64,000 nt of DNA from Octopus vulgaris (lineage: Eukaryota): assembly GCA_951406725.2 (NCBI GenBank), contig OX597823.1, positions 47,554,001 to 47,618,000 of the forward strand. Reading direction: 5' to 3'. The translations under genes were made by a program, and so were the position numbers. The notes beneath the pieces are model-generated. The model did not search any database and was not told the DNA's origin. It worked only from the letters and a program-made list of their open reading frames with translations. This document shows, piece after piece, positions 10,632-23,105 of the stretch; positions within the stretch are counted from its first letter, which is position 1; each line of letters starts with the position of its first letter.

Positions 10632-12089
10632 ATGAATACAGCCTCCAAAATTGCACCTACAAGCTCTAAGTACACCGTACAAGTGGTCACAAAATACATG
10701 TGTCGCAACTGTGGCCAGCAGTTTGAATCTACGGATGATATGGATGCTCACATTGAAACACACAATCGGGGAAATCCACCGCACAGCTGCTTCGTGTGCG
10801 GCAAGTCGTATCGCACGCCCTCCAAGCTGCGGCGTCACGTTCGCGTACACAGCGGTGAGAGACCGTATGCCTGCAGCCTGTGTGAGCGACGTTTTACGCG
10901 TTCCGACCATGTTAAGCAGCACATGAAGGTGCATCAACCCCAACGGCAGCGCAATCAGTGCCGACTGTGTGGGCTACGCTTCAGCAAACCAGCCACACTC
11001 TACACCCACCTTCAAGGCCATGGTATCGAAACCTTGCACATGTGCGATTTATGCGGAGAGACATTTCGGGAGGAGGACCACTTAGCTAGACACAAGAGAG
11101 TTCACCACGGCGGTGGTGGCGGTAACGGTGGAGTCGGTGGTGGTGGTGGCGGTGGTGTTGGCAACATCAACAGCAACAGCAATAACAGCAACAACAACAG
11201 CCAGGATACAATGCACCAGAATGCTGTCAGTACGACAACACTCGTAAGCGATGATATTGAGCAAGAATTTAAGATGGATCATAATAACGATGAGAATGTA
11301 AATGCTCTTTCCATTGCCTGTTTTGGTATGAGTGCAACAGGCAGCAACAGACTAACACCTGTACGCATCCTTCCAGATGAAAGCCGGCCAGCCTCCAACG
11401 AACAGCCTCCTCATTGTATGATAAGGCTTGACAATCCAGACAGATTCCTGGATCAGAGAATGTGCGACGATTACGAAAACAATGCACTGAACTTAAGCAC
11501 GAAACCAGACGTCAACACCACCCTGTCCTCCTGTTACACGCCCACTGAATCCACTCCTGTGACAAACCACAACCTAACATACATCAAAACAGAGCCAATC
11601 AACAATGGCGTAGGCATGTATATGACGCCTAACTACTCAGGAGAGGAAAGAAACGACGATTTGGGTGAACGTGGAGAGGAGAACTCTTCTTTGTCTGAAG
11701 AGCGGTTCACCGCAAGCTCTCCACTGATGCAAACTCCATACGCACATACTTTGCAAACGACTACAACAACTACCACGACTACAAACGGAGGCACGATTGC
11801 CTCTCTCTTGCAACAACACACAGATTCGATACCACCATCCTTTTCACTGCAACGAAATTCCCCACATTCTTCTGAGTCTTACCCACAGCCATTCCCAGGA
11901 AAAAGATACCATCATTGTATGTCTTGTGGTATCTGGTTCGAAGATCTGGCTATGAGTATGCTTCACAATAGTTTACATTACACAGATGGTCTCAATGAAT
12001 TCTCCTGTAAGAAATGCTCGAAAAAACTGAGCAACAGGCTGGAATTCACAGCACATTTAGTCTGGCACCTGGAACCTAACACTCAATGA
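10632..12089 (+). CDS. C2H2 zinc-finger transcription factor (485 aa): 5 N-terminal fingers plus a C-terminal Ikaros/Hunchback-like finger pair
   Basis: Long GC-richer ORF; C-x2-C-x12-H-x3-H motifs at aa 22-44, 51-73, 79-101, 108-130, 136-158, 429-449 and 459-479; near-canonical linker HSGERPY; poly-G, N/S and poly-T tracts; preceded by a splice acceptor. Confidence 0.95.
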   Translation: MNTASKIAPTSSKYTVQVVTKYMCRNCGQQFESTDDMDAHIETHNRGNPPHSCFVCGKSYRTPSKLRRHVRVHSGERPYACSLCERRFTRSDHVKQHMKVHQPQRQRNQCRLCGLRFSKPATLYTHLQGHGIETLHMCDLCGETFREEDHLARHKRVHHGGGGGNGGVGGGGGGGVGNINSNSNNSNNNSQDTMHQNAVSTTTLVSDDIEQEFKMDHNNDENVNALSIACFGMSATGSNRLTPVRILPDESRPASNEQPPHCMIRLDNPDRFLDQRMCDDYENNALNLSTKPDVNTTLSSCYTPTESTPVTNHNLTYIKTEPINNGVGMYMTPNYSGEERNDDLGERGEENSSLSEERFTASSPLMQTPYAHTLQTTTTTTTTTNGGTIASLLQQHTDSIPPSFSLQRNSPHSSESYPQPFPGKRYHHCMSCGIWFEDLAMSMLHNSLHYTDGLNEFSCKKCSKKLSNRLEFTAHLVWHLEPNTQ

Positions 12090-12112
12090 AGAAGAATAAT
12101 TAACGAGGAAAA

Positions 12113-12135
12113 AAATAAATAAATAAATAAATAAA
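12113..12135 (+). terminator. Proximal AATAAA cluster at the start of a long AU-rich 3' region
   Basis: (AAAT)n gives several overlapping AATAAA hexamers ~25-45 nt after the stop; may be only a microsatellite. Confidence 0.3.
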
Positions 12136-12291
12136 AGCACTTAAAAAAAAAAAAATCTTATTGATGGTGGCTAAAGGGAGATAATAGTAAATTTTGGTGT
12201 CACCAGCAAAGCCAGCAGAGTAAAATTGTGAAAAGCAAATGAGAGAATGATAGCGCTTGGGTAAATAAAGATGATGATAATTATCATCATC

Positions 12292-12324
<33 letters not shown>

Positions 12325-12898
12325 TTAATAATAATAATAATAAATAATTATAATGAATATAAAGAGAAAATATATATATATATAATATGAATTATAATGA
12401 TATAAGTAAAAAGAGAGACTAATACATTGTAAAAAAAAAATAAATAAAATAATATAAAATACAGACAAGCAGGAAAATGAGGCAAGATCAACAGATCAAT
12501 TTATATGAAATGGAAAAAAAAAATGGGATTTTGTTGTCCCATGGGAATTTTTGTTCTTGTTATATTTTTTAACTGTAAAATTGGACCAATTTTTAAATTG
12601 TTTAAACCTACAGATTCCTATATTATGAATGTGTTTCCAACATTTATCGAAGACGAAAACAAACAAAAAAAAAAAAAAATGATTTAAAAAAAAAACACAC
12701 ACAAAGGAAATGGGGATATATGTTGGATTAAATTTTTTTTTTTTTTTTTTGTTTTTTTATTTTCTCAAATTTCAAATTTTATTAATAAGTTATTTAATTA
12801 AGCATTTTAGTTTGAAAGAAATCTGTGAATGAAAAAAAGAAAGAAAAACTATTGAATCTGTAATTTAAAAAAAGAAGAGGAAATCTACTTGTCTTTTT

Positions 12899-12932
<34 letters not shown>

Positions 12933-13017
12933 CACATACATACACACACGCATATATAGATATGTTTATGTATGTATCTGTTATATGTATCTGTATATGT
13001 GTATGTATATGTGTATA

Positions 13018-13057
<40 letters not shown>

Positions 13058-14673
13058 ATCTGTAAGCAACTATCCTCTTTATCAATAAGAAATACCTTCC
13101 TTTTTTTCTCTTAAGTTTATTTATCCTTTTTGTTGCCAAAACAAGGCTGTATATCTTTATTGCCCTGTTGTATCCTATTTGGATGACATAATTTGTGATA
13201 TTAGACTTAATGCCATCTAACAGAAATCTTTGACATTTTTATGGGTCTTTCTTAAAAAAAACAAAACAAACAAAAATAATCGTTTCACTCTTTTCTACTA
13301 CTACTACTACTACTAATACAGCTCATTTGTAGTAAGATTATTATTTTTTTTTTCTTTTTGTTAATCTATAATTTTTAGTTTATCTCTTAAAAGTTAAACC
13401 TATCCCCTCCCCCCTCCATACTAGCTCTATTTATGCTTACACACCTATTTTAATTGTTCTTTGTTTTTTTTGGTTGTAATTTTTTTTTAAAAATTTATAT
13501 TTTAAAATAACGTAAGAAATGAGGGCAACATTCATGATTTCTTTTTTTCTGTATTATTTTTATTTCATCTTTTATTTTTTTTTTGGTACTGTATTGAAAT
13601 AGATAATATAGAAATTACTTATTATTATAAATCACTTATACAACTATTATCATTGATAGTATTAATTCCCTCCCACCACCCCGCCTCCTTTCCTTTACTG
13701 CTGTTATTTTGATGATAATGTTACGTTGGAAGACAAACTTTTATTTTCTCACATTGTCTTTCTTTTATTCCACCCACCCCCGCCACCACCTTTATCACAG
13801 TCTGCATTTTTTTTTTTTAATATTTATTTATTCACTATTTTTTTTTTCTTCATTTTATTTCATTTTTTTTTTTTTTTTTGTAAATTCACTTTTAAAGAAA
13901 CTGTTTTGCTTCTCTGCTTGATTGTTTCTTTACCATTTTGCCATCCACTGTCTTTCGCCTGCCCTCATTCCTCTTAAGACTCTCTTCATCATGTATTTTG
14001 TTTACTATTCACAAGTACTGTCAACGTCTACAATAATAATATACCCTTTCATTGACACTGGTATTGTCCATACCAGAACTAGTGTAAAGAAAGATGGCTC
14101 TCTTCTTCCGATTCTACGGTACCATGGTTTCTTGCCACTTGCCACCCCCACCCCTATGCCTTCTCTATGAAGCTCTGATCTCTCAAGTGAGTGACAAGAA
14201 TATCTGGCCCTGGTCGGAACCAACATTCAAAGAAGGAATAAAATATGTTTGTAGAAGGAAAGAAGAAAAAAAAAAAACACAAAATAATAACAATAACAAT
14301 AATAATAATAATGATATGGTACACCCTTTTTTTAAAAACTATCTTAAATGAAAGTCTGTTGATGATTTATTGAAATTATTATTAAGAAGGAAAAGAAACT
14401 AGGATGGTATTTGAGATAATATATAGTAAAGAGAATCAGTTGGATGAAATAGTTTCACATGCCTTCATCTTTTTCTGTTGGCCTCAGTCTACTTCAATCA
14501 CTTCTTCATCTCTCTCTCTCATTTTATCTCTGTTCTGGTTATTTTCATGCTTTTGCAGCCTTTTGATTCTCGCTTCTGACTTCTTTAGTTTTTCTGGAAA
14601 TTTCTTTTATAGGTATTGAAAATTATCTCCCTTAGGTCAAGTCCATTTGGGCAGTACACTCACAAAAAAAAAA

Positions 14674-14712
<39 letters not shown>

Positions 14713-16565
14713 CTTTACCTTAATCTCTGCTTTCTCCTCTTCAAAGATGCATAAAGCCCCTGTTCACATTCACCCACAAACACACCTGAAACAATAAATT
14801 GTATTACATCAATCTATACCTCTTAATCATTGTAAGATTATTTACAGTCATTCCAAGTTGTGTACGTATGCAGCTATATACGAGTATATATTTGTGTATA
14901 TATACATGCATACATGCATACATATATACATACATATGTTTATATGTATTATGTATAAAAATACATGACAAGTACCACAGCAATTCTAACAAAATTGGAA
15001 TGAAGATATGATATAACTCTATTTCCAAATGCAACTTCAGTTTTTCACATGCACATATTAATGGAATGTTCCAGAATATTCAAATTTAGTTCACCTTAGA
15101 CATAATGTACTACTGTGATATGGCAAAATTTTATTATTATCATTATTATTATTATTATTAATAATACATAATTTTGAGTTTACACAATTGTAATTTAATA
15201 TTAGCATAATGCATATGTGGCAATGTTTACAAATTATGTGAATTACTCTCACCCAACACACACACAAAAATATCACTATGTACTCCTCCCGTTCCTCCTC
15301 TCTCTTCCTCTCTTGCCTGTGAGATACTAAAAATCTGTGATGTATATCATCATCTTTTGCTTCTTCTCACGTTTGCTCCTCTTCTCAGTTTTATTATCCT
15401 CTCTCCTTAGTCTTACAAACTTGAGTTTTATTAAAGTTCACTTCTTTCATTCAAGCTCTCAGGCTGCCATCATCATTTTTGCTGTGTGTTTCTACAGCTG
15501 TAATGGCCACAAAACCCCTGCAGCTCCTTCCCATTTCCCCCCCACTTATATTATTGAAATAACTAAGAATTAAATCACATCTATTGGAGTAGAGATAAAG
15601 CTGTGTATTGCTTATGTGTATATATGGTGTGTTTGTGTAGGGTATTGCATTTACTTGCATAATATCTTGTATAGGATATAAAAAAAGTGATATCTATATC
15701 ATATAGTAACCATCCCTTCACATTCAGATTACATGGTTGGTAATAAGAAATATAAAACAAACAATATATCATTATTACTTCTAAACTGTAAAGCTTTTTA
15801 TTTATTATTACAATTATTATTTTTTTAATTTCATTTTGTGAATGAAATAAGTTTTGAAAATTGATCCGTCTTGCTTTGATTCTGTCAAGAAAGAAAAAAA
15901 TAGTTTCTTGAATCGAATGAAATGAAGCAAAGCAATGTTAAATAATATATTGAGAGCTGTGAGAGTTGTTTAAAAGTTATTTACTGCTCCATCTGATAAA
16001 GCTGTGACTTTTCTGCCTATCATGTGATATTTAATGATGAAAGTTGGCTTAAACTAATTATCTAAACGACTGTCATTCTTCTCTCAAAATGATCAATCGA
16101 TCTTCCATTATACTGAGAATGAAGCTTTATTATTTTCATAATGGTCTATTATTATTATTATTATTATTATTATTATCATTATTATTATTATTATTATTAT
16201 TTATCTTGATAATAACTAAACAAACTTAACTACAGCTCAGAGAAGGATAGAAATTAATTAATGACTGAAATTGTCTAGAAACAGTTATAAAAATATCCTG
16301 ATAATCATAGTTAACCTGTTTTTTAAAACATTATTCTTTTATTTGGAATGGTTTCTTGGACATTTTTTATGTAATATTTATTTCCTGGAATCATGATTAC
16401 AACTAGCTGAGGTTTGCTCTTTGGGCATCATAATAAATCTTTGAATATACAGAACAACAACAACGACAACAGTTATAATTTCTAGGCACAACACTATTCA
16501 TCAACAGCAATTCAATTTTATATATCATATCCCCAAATCTTGATATAATAAAACTATGATGATGA

Positions 16566-16748
16566 TTTCTGGCAAAGATAGGAGGACAGAAATTTGATAG
16601 GACCTTGGAAGGATGAGAAACAAAGTTGAATTCTAATTTTCATCTTCTATGTTGATAAGATTAAGTACCAGTCAAGTACTGGTGATGATATTATCAACCG
16701 TTTCCTTCCAAAAGAATTTCAGACCTTGTATCTATCTTGGAAATTATT
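16566..16748. mobile_element. Fold-back remnant of two Meta-domain SINE pieces in opposite orientation
   Basis: Minus-orientation gaccttggaaggatgagaaacaaagttga followed by plus-orientation tttcatcttc...attaagtaccagtcaagtactgg; outer ends are partly complementary. Confidence 0.55.
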
Positions 16749-17364
16749 GGAAGAATTAATAGGAACCTTGGTAAACATTTTCACTCATGAGTGTTATAAG
16801 AAACAATGTTAAGCAAAACACAAATTCTGTGGGAACTATTATCTATAAAATGTGAATGTTTATAATTATAAACCCATTCAACCCATTTGTCTTGTAGAAT
16901 AGCCTTGGCCTGGTAGATTATCAGTTATATTTTCAAGCAGATGTGATAATTCATGCATAATTTGTATTTATAATAAAATGTTTTTTTGCCCCAAGATCTC
17001 AAATTGTAAGGACGGCTAGAATATCCTTTAAATGTTTCTACAAATGAACTGTTATACCATTTCAACTAGTACAACTTTAGACTCCACCTTAAGAACCCTT
17101 GACTAATAGGCCACACTTCATATTTCCTCTCAAACATCACAACAATAGTTTCTTTCTTGAGTCAAGCAGTTTGTGTTCGAAAATGTCTTGACCAAAATAT
17201 TCAGTTCCTGACTTCTTAATATTTGGTTAAAATTCCAACAAATAAAATTACGTTTTTAATTTAGTTATTTATTGCTTGTTATTTGAAATATTCACTAATA
17301 GAAACTAAATTTTTTTTCTTCATATATATTTTAATAAAAATAATCACTGTTTTATTTTTTCTCA

Positions 17365-17395
<31 letters not shown>

Positions 17396-18507
17396 TAAAT
17401 TAAATGCAAGAAAATATCAAAATTGTTTGACTCTGTTGAAATAGCTATATTGCAAACAACTTTATAAACATTTTATATTGATTTAGTAAGTTCTTTCTTG
17501 AACGTTAAGACATATGAAGTAATATGCTAGGTACTGACATCACATTTTAGAAAGTAGTTTATTAGAATACATATACCAAAGCCTAATTTCAAGGTCTCTG
17601 TTATTTTATTCCAGTTTTATTGCATAATAATAGTTTGATAAAACCCTGAGGGGATTTTATTCCTTTATTTTAGCTGTATGATGAATCAGTAATACCAGTT
17701 TAAAGTTTAGGAAATGAAAAAGGCATCACTCACTAATTGCTGTAATCAGGTGATAAGATTTTGATAAAATTGTTCTGAAATATTATATACACACGTGTGT
17801 GTGTTTACTTATAAAAATATATATATTGATAGATAAAAACACATAATTGAAAGATAAACACTGATAAATATGATACAAAGAGGGAAACATCTCTTGTTGT
17901 CTACATCTGTCACATTTACTCTTATATACAAAATATTTATGTAATAATAAATCTCAGCCAGCTGGAGAAGATGTTCTCCTGGGGCTACAAGCTACAGTAA
18001 CATCCACCCTTAGTGGTTAGCTAGATTTAGATGGCAAATATACTTCACACTTATGTAATGTTTAAAAGAAAATCGTTGTACACCCACATTTAGATGGAAA
18101 TGCTGGTAGCTAGACATCATCAGAGAATAAACTGCAGATGTGTAAGTGAGGCCTCTGTTGGTGTATAATTAGTTATCATGTGCTAAATATGTGACTGTTT
18201 CCTATTAGCATTAAGCAGGTTGTGAATCAGTCAATAAAGATCCAACATCAAGCTTAACCAGAAGCCCAGATTTTCAGCAGGATGCTGATTCTATTTACTT
18301 TTGGTTTCTTTGGATCCGCAGCAGGAGTTAAAAGTTTGTTCTATTGGAACGTTACGTTGGTAAATTACACATTTGGTTTTCTACAACAATGACATGTAAC
18401 TACGCATAGCACCTATTAACTAAAACATTGAAAGTTGTTTGGGGAATGACTACAATACAACACGCAGCACCAGTTAACGCAATCCAAATGAGCAATTATT
18501 TTGCTCA

Positions 18508-18520
18508 GTTGCTAGGCAAC
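18508..18520. promoter_or_regulatory. RFX X-box-like motif
   Basis: GTTGCTAGGCAAC matches the palindromic RFX consensus; abuts the inverted repeat tgagcaa-ttatt-ttgctca (18489-18507). Confidence 0.45.
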
Positions 18521-19796
18521 CAACTAATATATTCTTGAGCACTTTGGTTCTGCTTATCTCCCTCTCAGTCGTATCCAAGATTAGTTAAACTTTCCAGTCT
18601 GTTATTACTCTTTACAAATCAAAATTTAAATAATTGACAAGAATAATTGATTCCATACTTAGAAAGGTGATAAACTTTTTTTCTTTTCTTTTTAAATTTT
18701 TTTTTTATTGTTAATATATTTTTTTAACATTTATGTCTTTTTTTTCTTTTTGCAGATATATAACATCTTAAATAACTAGTTCACCATCACTAATTTTAAT
18801 CAAGTCAACTCTTCACATATGACATATGACTCTTAAATGGCTTAGCTAGGATTTGCAGCCCTTGGCAGAGAGTCAAAGACACTTTTAATGACCCTAACTT
18901 AATTAACAGGCGTGATAGACCACAGGGAATTTTGTGACCCTGCACATGTTTACCCGAAGTCAACAGGTCTCTACTATTGCTATGACTCCTATTAAACTCC
19001 TAGTTTTATTTTCACTATAGGTTCACATGAGACTTGCACTATAACTAAGACATTTAGTTAATGTTTCGCATTTAACCTTTCATTCCTGGAAACCATTTCT
19101 GCATTTGTATTGTCATCTATTTATGATATTTTGGCAAATGTGTGATAACATATCTATTGATGATGAGAATACAAAATAGCAGCATCTGAAAAACTCCTTT
19201 GATGGCTTTGGTTAAAGCTGCTGCTTTGCATTATATTACAGAGAAGGTTGAAGTTAGGCAACTGTCCTGTTTCCCTATATAGCTTTTACTGGGTCTCGGT
19301 ATCATACAATACACACTCTCTTAATGAACAAACTATTGAAGAGTTGTTAGAGTAGTTCTCCTCATGTTTGAGGGAATAGTCTCCTATGAACAATTTAGTG
19401 ACTTTCATACAATATGTTAACCTGAGAATAATTCTTCTTTAAATGAAAATTGCAATAGATGTATACAATTTTGTAAGTAATATATATATGAATGTGCATG
19501 AGTGTGTGTGCTCTTTCTCTTACACATACACATATAAGTATTGGTGTGTGTGTGTGTCTATATGTATAAATATATATATATATGTGTCTATTTATGTATA
19601 TTGCTTAAATATTTGTAACATTGTACTGTTTATATATAAGTAATGATTTAGAGAGGCACAAATTGAGTATGTCTGTAGCTGTGCACAGTGAAACACGTTT
19701 TGTATGTTTATTTAGATTATTCTGTTACGACCTGTCTCCAATCCTTTCTTATAATTTATATTTCTATCTGGTGATAATACAAAGTAAGAGACAGAA

Positions 19797-19812
19797 ACTA
19801 TTATTATTATTA

Positions 19813-19868
<56 letters not shown>
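19797..19868. repeat. (ATT)n microsatellite
   Basis: Directly visible. Confidence 0.95.
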
Positions 19869-20973
19869 GGAGTTTATGAAACTTGTTGATGACTATAATG
19901 AGTTTGTTTTATTTCTTTGTTAAAAATAAAATTTAAACCCTTATTGTTATTATTCTGTTGCGTTATTATCTAGCCATATGTTTTTGTTACCAATCTTTAT
20001 TTACTGACAAACTACATCTTACTGCTCGCAGCTATTCACTTAGACATTTTCATTTATTTGTTTTTTTGTTTTTTTTTTAAATGAATATTTCAGTTTGTTT
20101 TTATTTTATTTTATTCTTTTGTTATCAATTTATAATTTCAATTATTTTTCTCCCTAATGCTAGATTCCCAATATTTTCTAAATTGCTACCTTTTTTTTTT
20201 TTCTCTCTCTCTCTCTCTCTCACTTTGTTACATTCTCTCTTTTTCTTGCCTGCATCCCTTCTCTTATCTCCATTTGTTTTATCACATTAAAATATATTTA
20301 CACCATTTTCAAAGTGATTGAATTCAAAACTATCATTCATTTAGAATTTCCAATTTCTTCAATATCACCTATTAATTCTAATTAATGCCATTAATTTTAT
20401 CCCTTATTTCAATTAATTTTGTTCCCATAAATGCCAACAAAGAAATTTTTACATAGCACTTCTCAATGATTTGCTGATAATTTTAGAAATAATATTTTTC
20501 AAATTGGCTCAAAATAGAAATGGTTGTGCTTTAAAATGAAATAATGTCTGATATGGGGTTAAGTACTAAGTTTTATCAGTTATTAAATAATAAACTCCAA
20601 ATGATATAATTAAGAAAGGATGGAGATCAATGTGTACAGCTACATATAAGTTTGATTGTGTATACATGTGTATAATAAAATAGACTTTCATATAACTGTG
20701 TGTGTATACATGCAATGTGCAAAGATGTGGAATTAAGCACCACATTTGACCCTCGAACTCACATCTAACCAGCATGGTAATAGTGGTTGTAAAATGGTGA
20801 GATGTCTATCTTCATGTGTATGTATGTGAATGTATGTATATATATATATATATACACACTACTTTATACATATATTTGTGTATGTATGTATGTGTGTGTG
20901 TGTATATATATATATATACATATAAATTGATAGAATGGGATAAAAAAAAGACCATAACATCTATCAAGAAAAG

Positions 20974-21021
20974 GTCTTACAGCTGTTTTCATGATATTTT
21001 ATATGTCCCTTCATCAGAGAC
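20974..21021 (-). ncRNA. Minimal type I hammerhead ribozyme motif (decayed) in a Penelope-like short element (~20930-21200)
   Basis: Minus strand reads gtct-CTGATGA-agggacatataaaatatcat-GAAA-acagctgt-a-agac: stem I gtct/agac, palindromic stem III, GUA triplet; one extra A and a weakened stem II. Confidence 0.7.
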
Positions 21022-21224
21022 GGTGCGAGAAAATGTTTGAGTTTTAATTATTATAGAGAAGATATGAAATACAGAGGGAAAGAAGTGAATGAATATAGAA
21101 CTGAGATACGTAAGGATATATTTAGATACGCAATGGAATCCCATCGAACACAGTGTATGAGTGTTCAGATTTTGCCGAATGACCTGCGCAAATGATTTGT
21201 TTATGGTGGTGGTCAAATGTACAT

Positions 21225-21410
21225 GCTGTACATGAGGTCACTTCCTCCATCAAACTGACATTGTCTTTACAGGTGCATATGTCAGATGTCGAAATGATCC
21301 CAGAGCAACATGGAACTAAGTGTCCTGCTCAAGAACACAGCACACTACCCATTCCAGTAATCAAACCCACGATCTAACAATCATTAGTGCAATGCCCTAA
21401 ACACTGGGTC
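21225..21410 (-). mobile_element. tRNA/CORE-type SINE (family E)
   Basis: cagagcaacatggaactaagtgtcctgctcaagaacacag..., colinear with 52040-52228. Confidence 0.7.
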
Positions 21411-21826
21411 ATACAAACATATATAAATGAGATAAATTCTGCAAAAGTTTTGAGCAATGCAGGTGATGAATTATGCAAAATAAGTAGAAAAGCATCAATG
21501 AATGACAGCAACGGGTAAAGATATTATATATTATGTTACATAAATTTTTCAATTTTCCTATAGTAGTTTGGGGGAAAATTCTCAGTTTGAAAGAGAAGAA
21601 TGGAAACTATCAGAGCTCAGAGAAATGTGTTTTTACTTTCTTGTGTGTGTTTCCAAGTTGGAAGATGTAATCATCGTTTTTATGTCTGTTTTTCATTCAT
21701 TGCATTTGTTTTCTATGTCTTCTCCAGCAACCAGTAGCTCACTGTTAGTTGCTATTCTTTGTCATCCCTTTCATGAAATTCAGCCCTTATGAGACCACCT
21801 CTACCACTTTCTTCCTGTGCCTTCCT

Positions 21827-21870
<44 letters not shown>

Positions 21871-21939
21871 ATCATTCACAAACATGACACAGCTCAGTCT
21901 CTCTCCCTTGCCGAGTACATCTAATTTGCCCTATAATCA

Positions 21940-22090
21940 GACAAACTTCTTTCAGTTTCCATCTACCAAAATCCCCTCACAAGGCTTTGGCCAGCCTGAG
22001 GCTTTAGTAGAAGACACTTCCCCAAGAAAGTAGGACTGAACCTGCCACCATGGGGTTTGAAAGCAAACTTCTTACCACAGAATTGCACCT
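21940..22090 (-). mobile_element. SINE family A head
   Basis: ttctttcagtttccatctaccaaa...tagtagaagacactt...gaaagcaaacttcttaccacag. Confidence 0.75.
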
Positions 22091-22479
22091 GTCCATCTTT
22101 TCCTTATTCTTCTTCCAGAATTTCTACATCCTTCGCATTCATTGCCCATTTTTCACTACCATTCAGTGTATCACCTAATGCAAAGAAATCATCCAGTCTG
22201 CCCTTCACACAGAGGGAGAATCCTTTTATTTTATTTTACCAGCACAGGTTATTGCTCCCTGGACTTTTCCAGCTTCTTCTTACTCTGGCTTTCAGAACAC
22301 CTACCATAGACCCCTGTAAGCATTTCAAAATATTTATTTCATGAGTGATCTTACTGCTAACTCCTCTTGCACATCTCTCATATATAAGACTTCTTGTTCT
22401 CACACTCGACAAGGTATATATATTTATATATATATATAAATTTATGCAGCCTTGGGTATACCATACAGAACATTTACCT

Positions 22480-22870
22480 ATTTTCAGTGACTGGATGGTG
22501 CTCACTTGTTTCCACCCTTCACCTTTGTCACAAGGAAACTAATATTTCTCCCATGGCTAGACATGTTCCTACAGTATATTGGAAATTAATCACACTGCTT
22601 GTATGACAGTGAGACTCATTTTCAACTATCATTAGATGTCAAGACAAGAAGACACAAACACACACATACACATATACATATATATATATATATAGAAAGA
22701 GAAAGAGAGGTAGGCTTCTTTCATTTTCTGTCTACTAGATACGTTCACAAGGCTTTAGAGAACCCAGGACTGTACTAGAAGATACTTGCCCAAGATGCCA
22801 CCCAATGAGACAGATAGTGAAAACATGTGGTTGGAAAGCAAACTTCTTAAGCACAGAAATACCTGCATCT
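22480..22870 (-). mobile_element. Composite SINE (family A head + family C body)
   Basis: Family A head at 22715-22870, an internal microsatellite, then a body ending gactggatgg... related to 54325-54650 and 48430-48905. Confidence 0.6.
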
Positions 22871-23105
22871 CCACACTTCCATTCCTGTGTTGCATATGTA
22901 AATATGTGTGTGTGTGTGTGTGTGTGTGAGCCTTTATATGTATATATGTGTTTGTATATGTGTACATGTGTGTGTATATTTATATATATATATATATAAA
23001 TATATGTGTGTGGGTATATATGTATATAAGCAATAATAATAATAATAAGGATTATTACGAAGTTGCATTGCTTTTAATTCTTTTGATATATATACAGCTT
23101 TACAT

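Noticed and set aside
10548-11821. Antisense and alternative-frame ORFs overlapping the zinc-finger CDS
   Set aside because: Shadow ORFs of a GC-richer coding exon with no independent motifs.
17655-17725. tagctgtatga matches the 3' half of miR-9
   Set aside because: The seed (TCTTTGG) is absent and the hairpin pairing is poor.
18878-18892. gaccctaactt matches part of miR-125
   Set aside because: No seed and no precursor hairpin; chance 11-mer.
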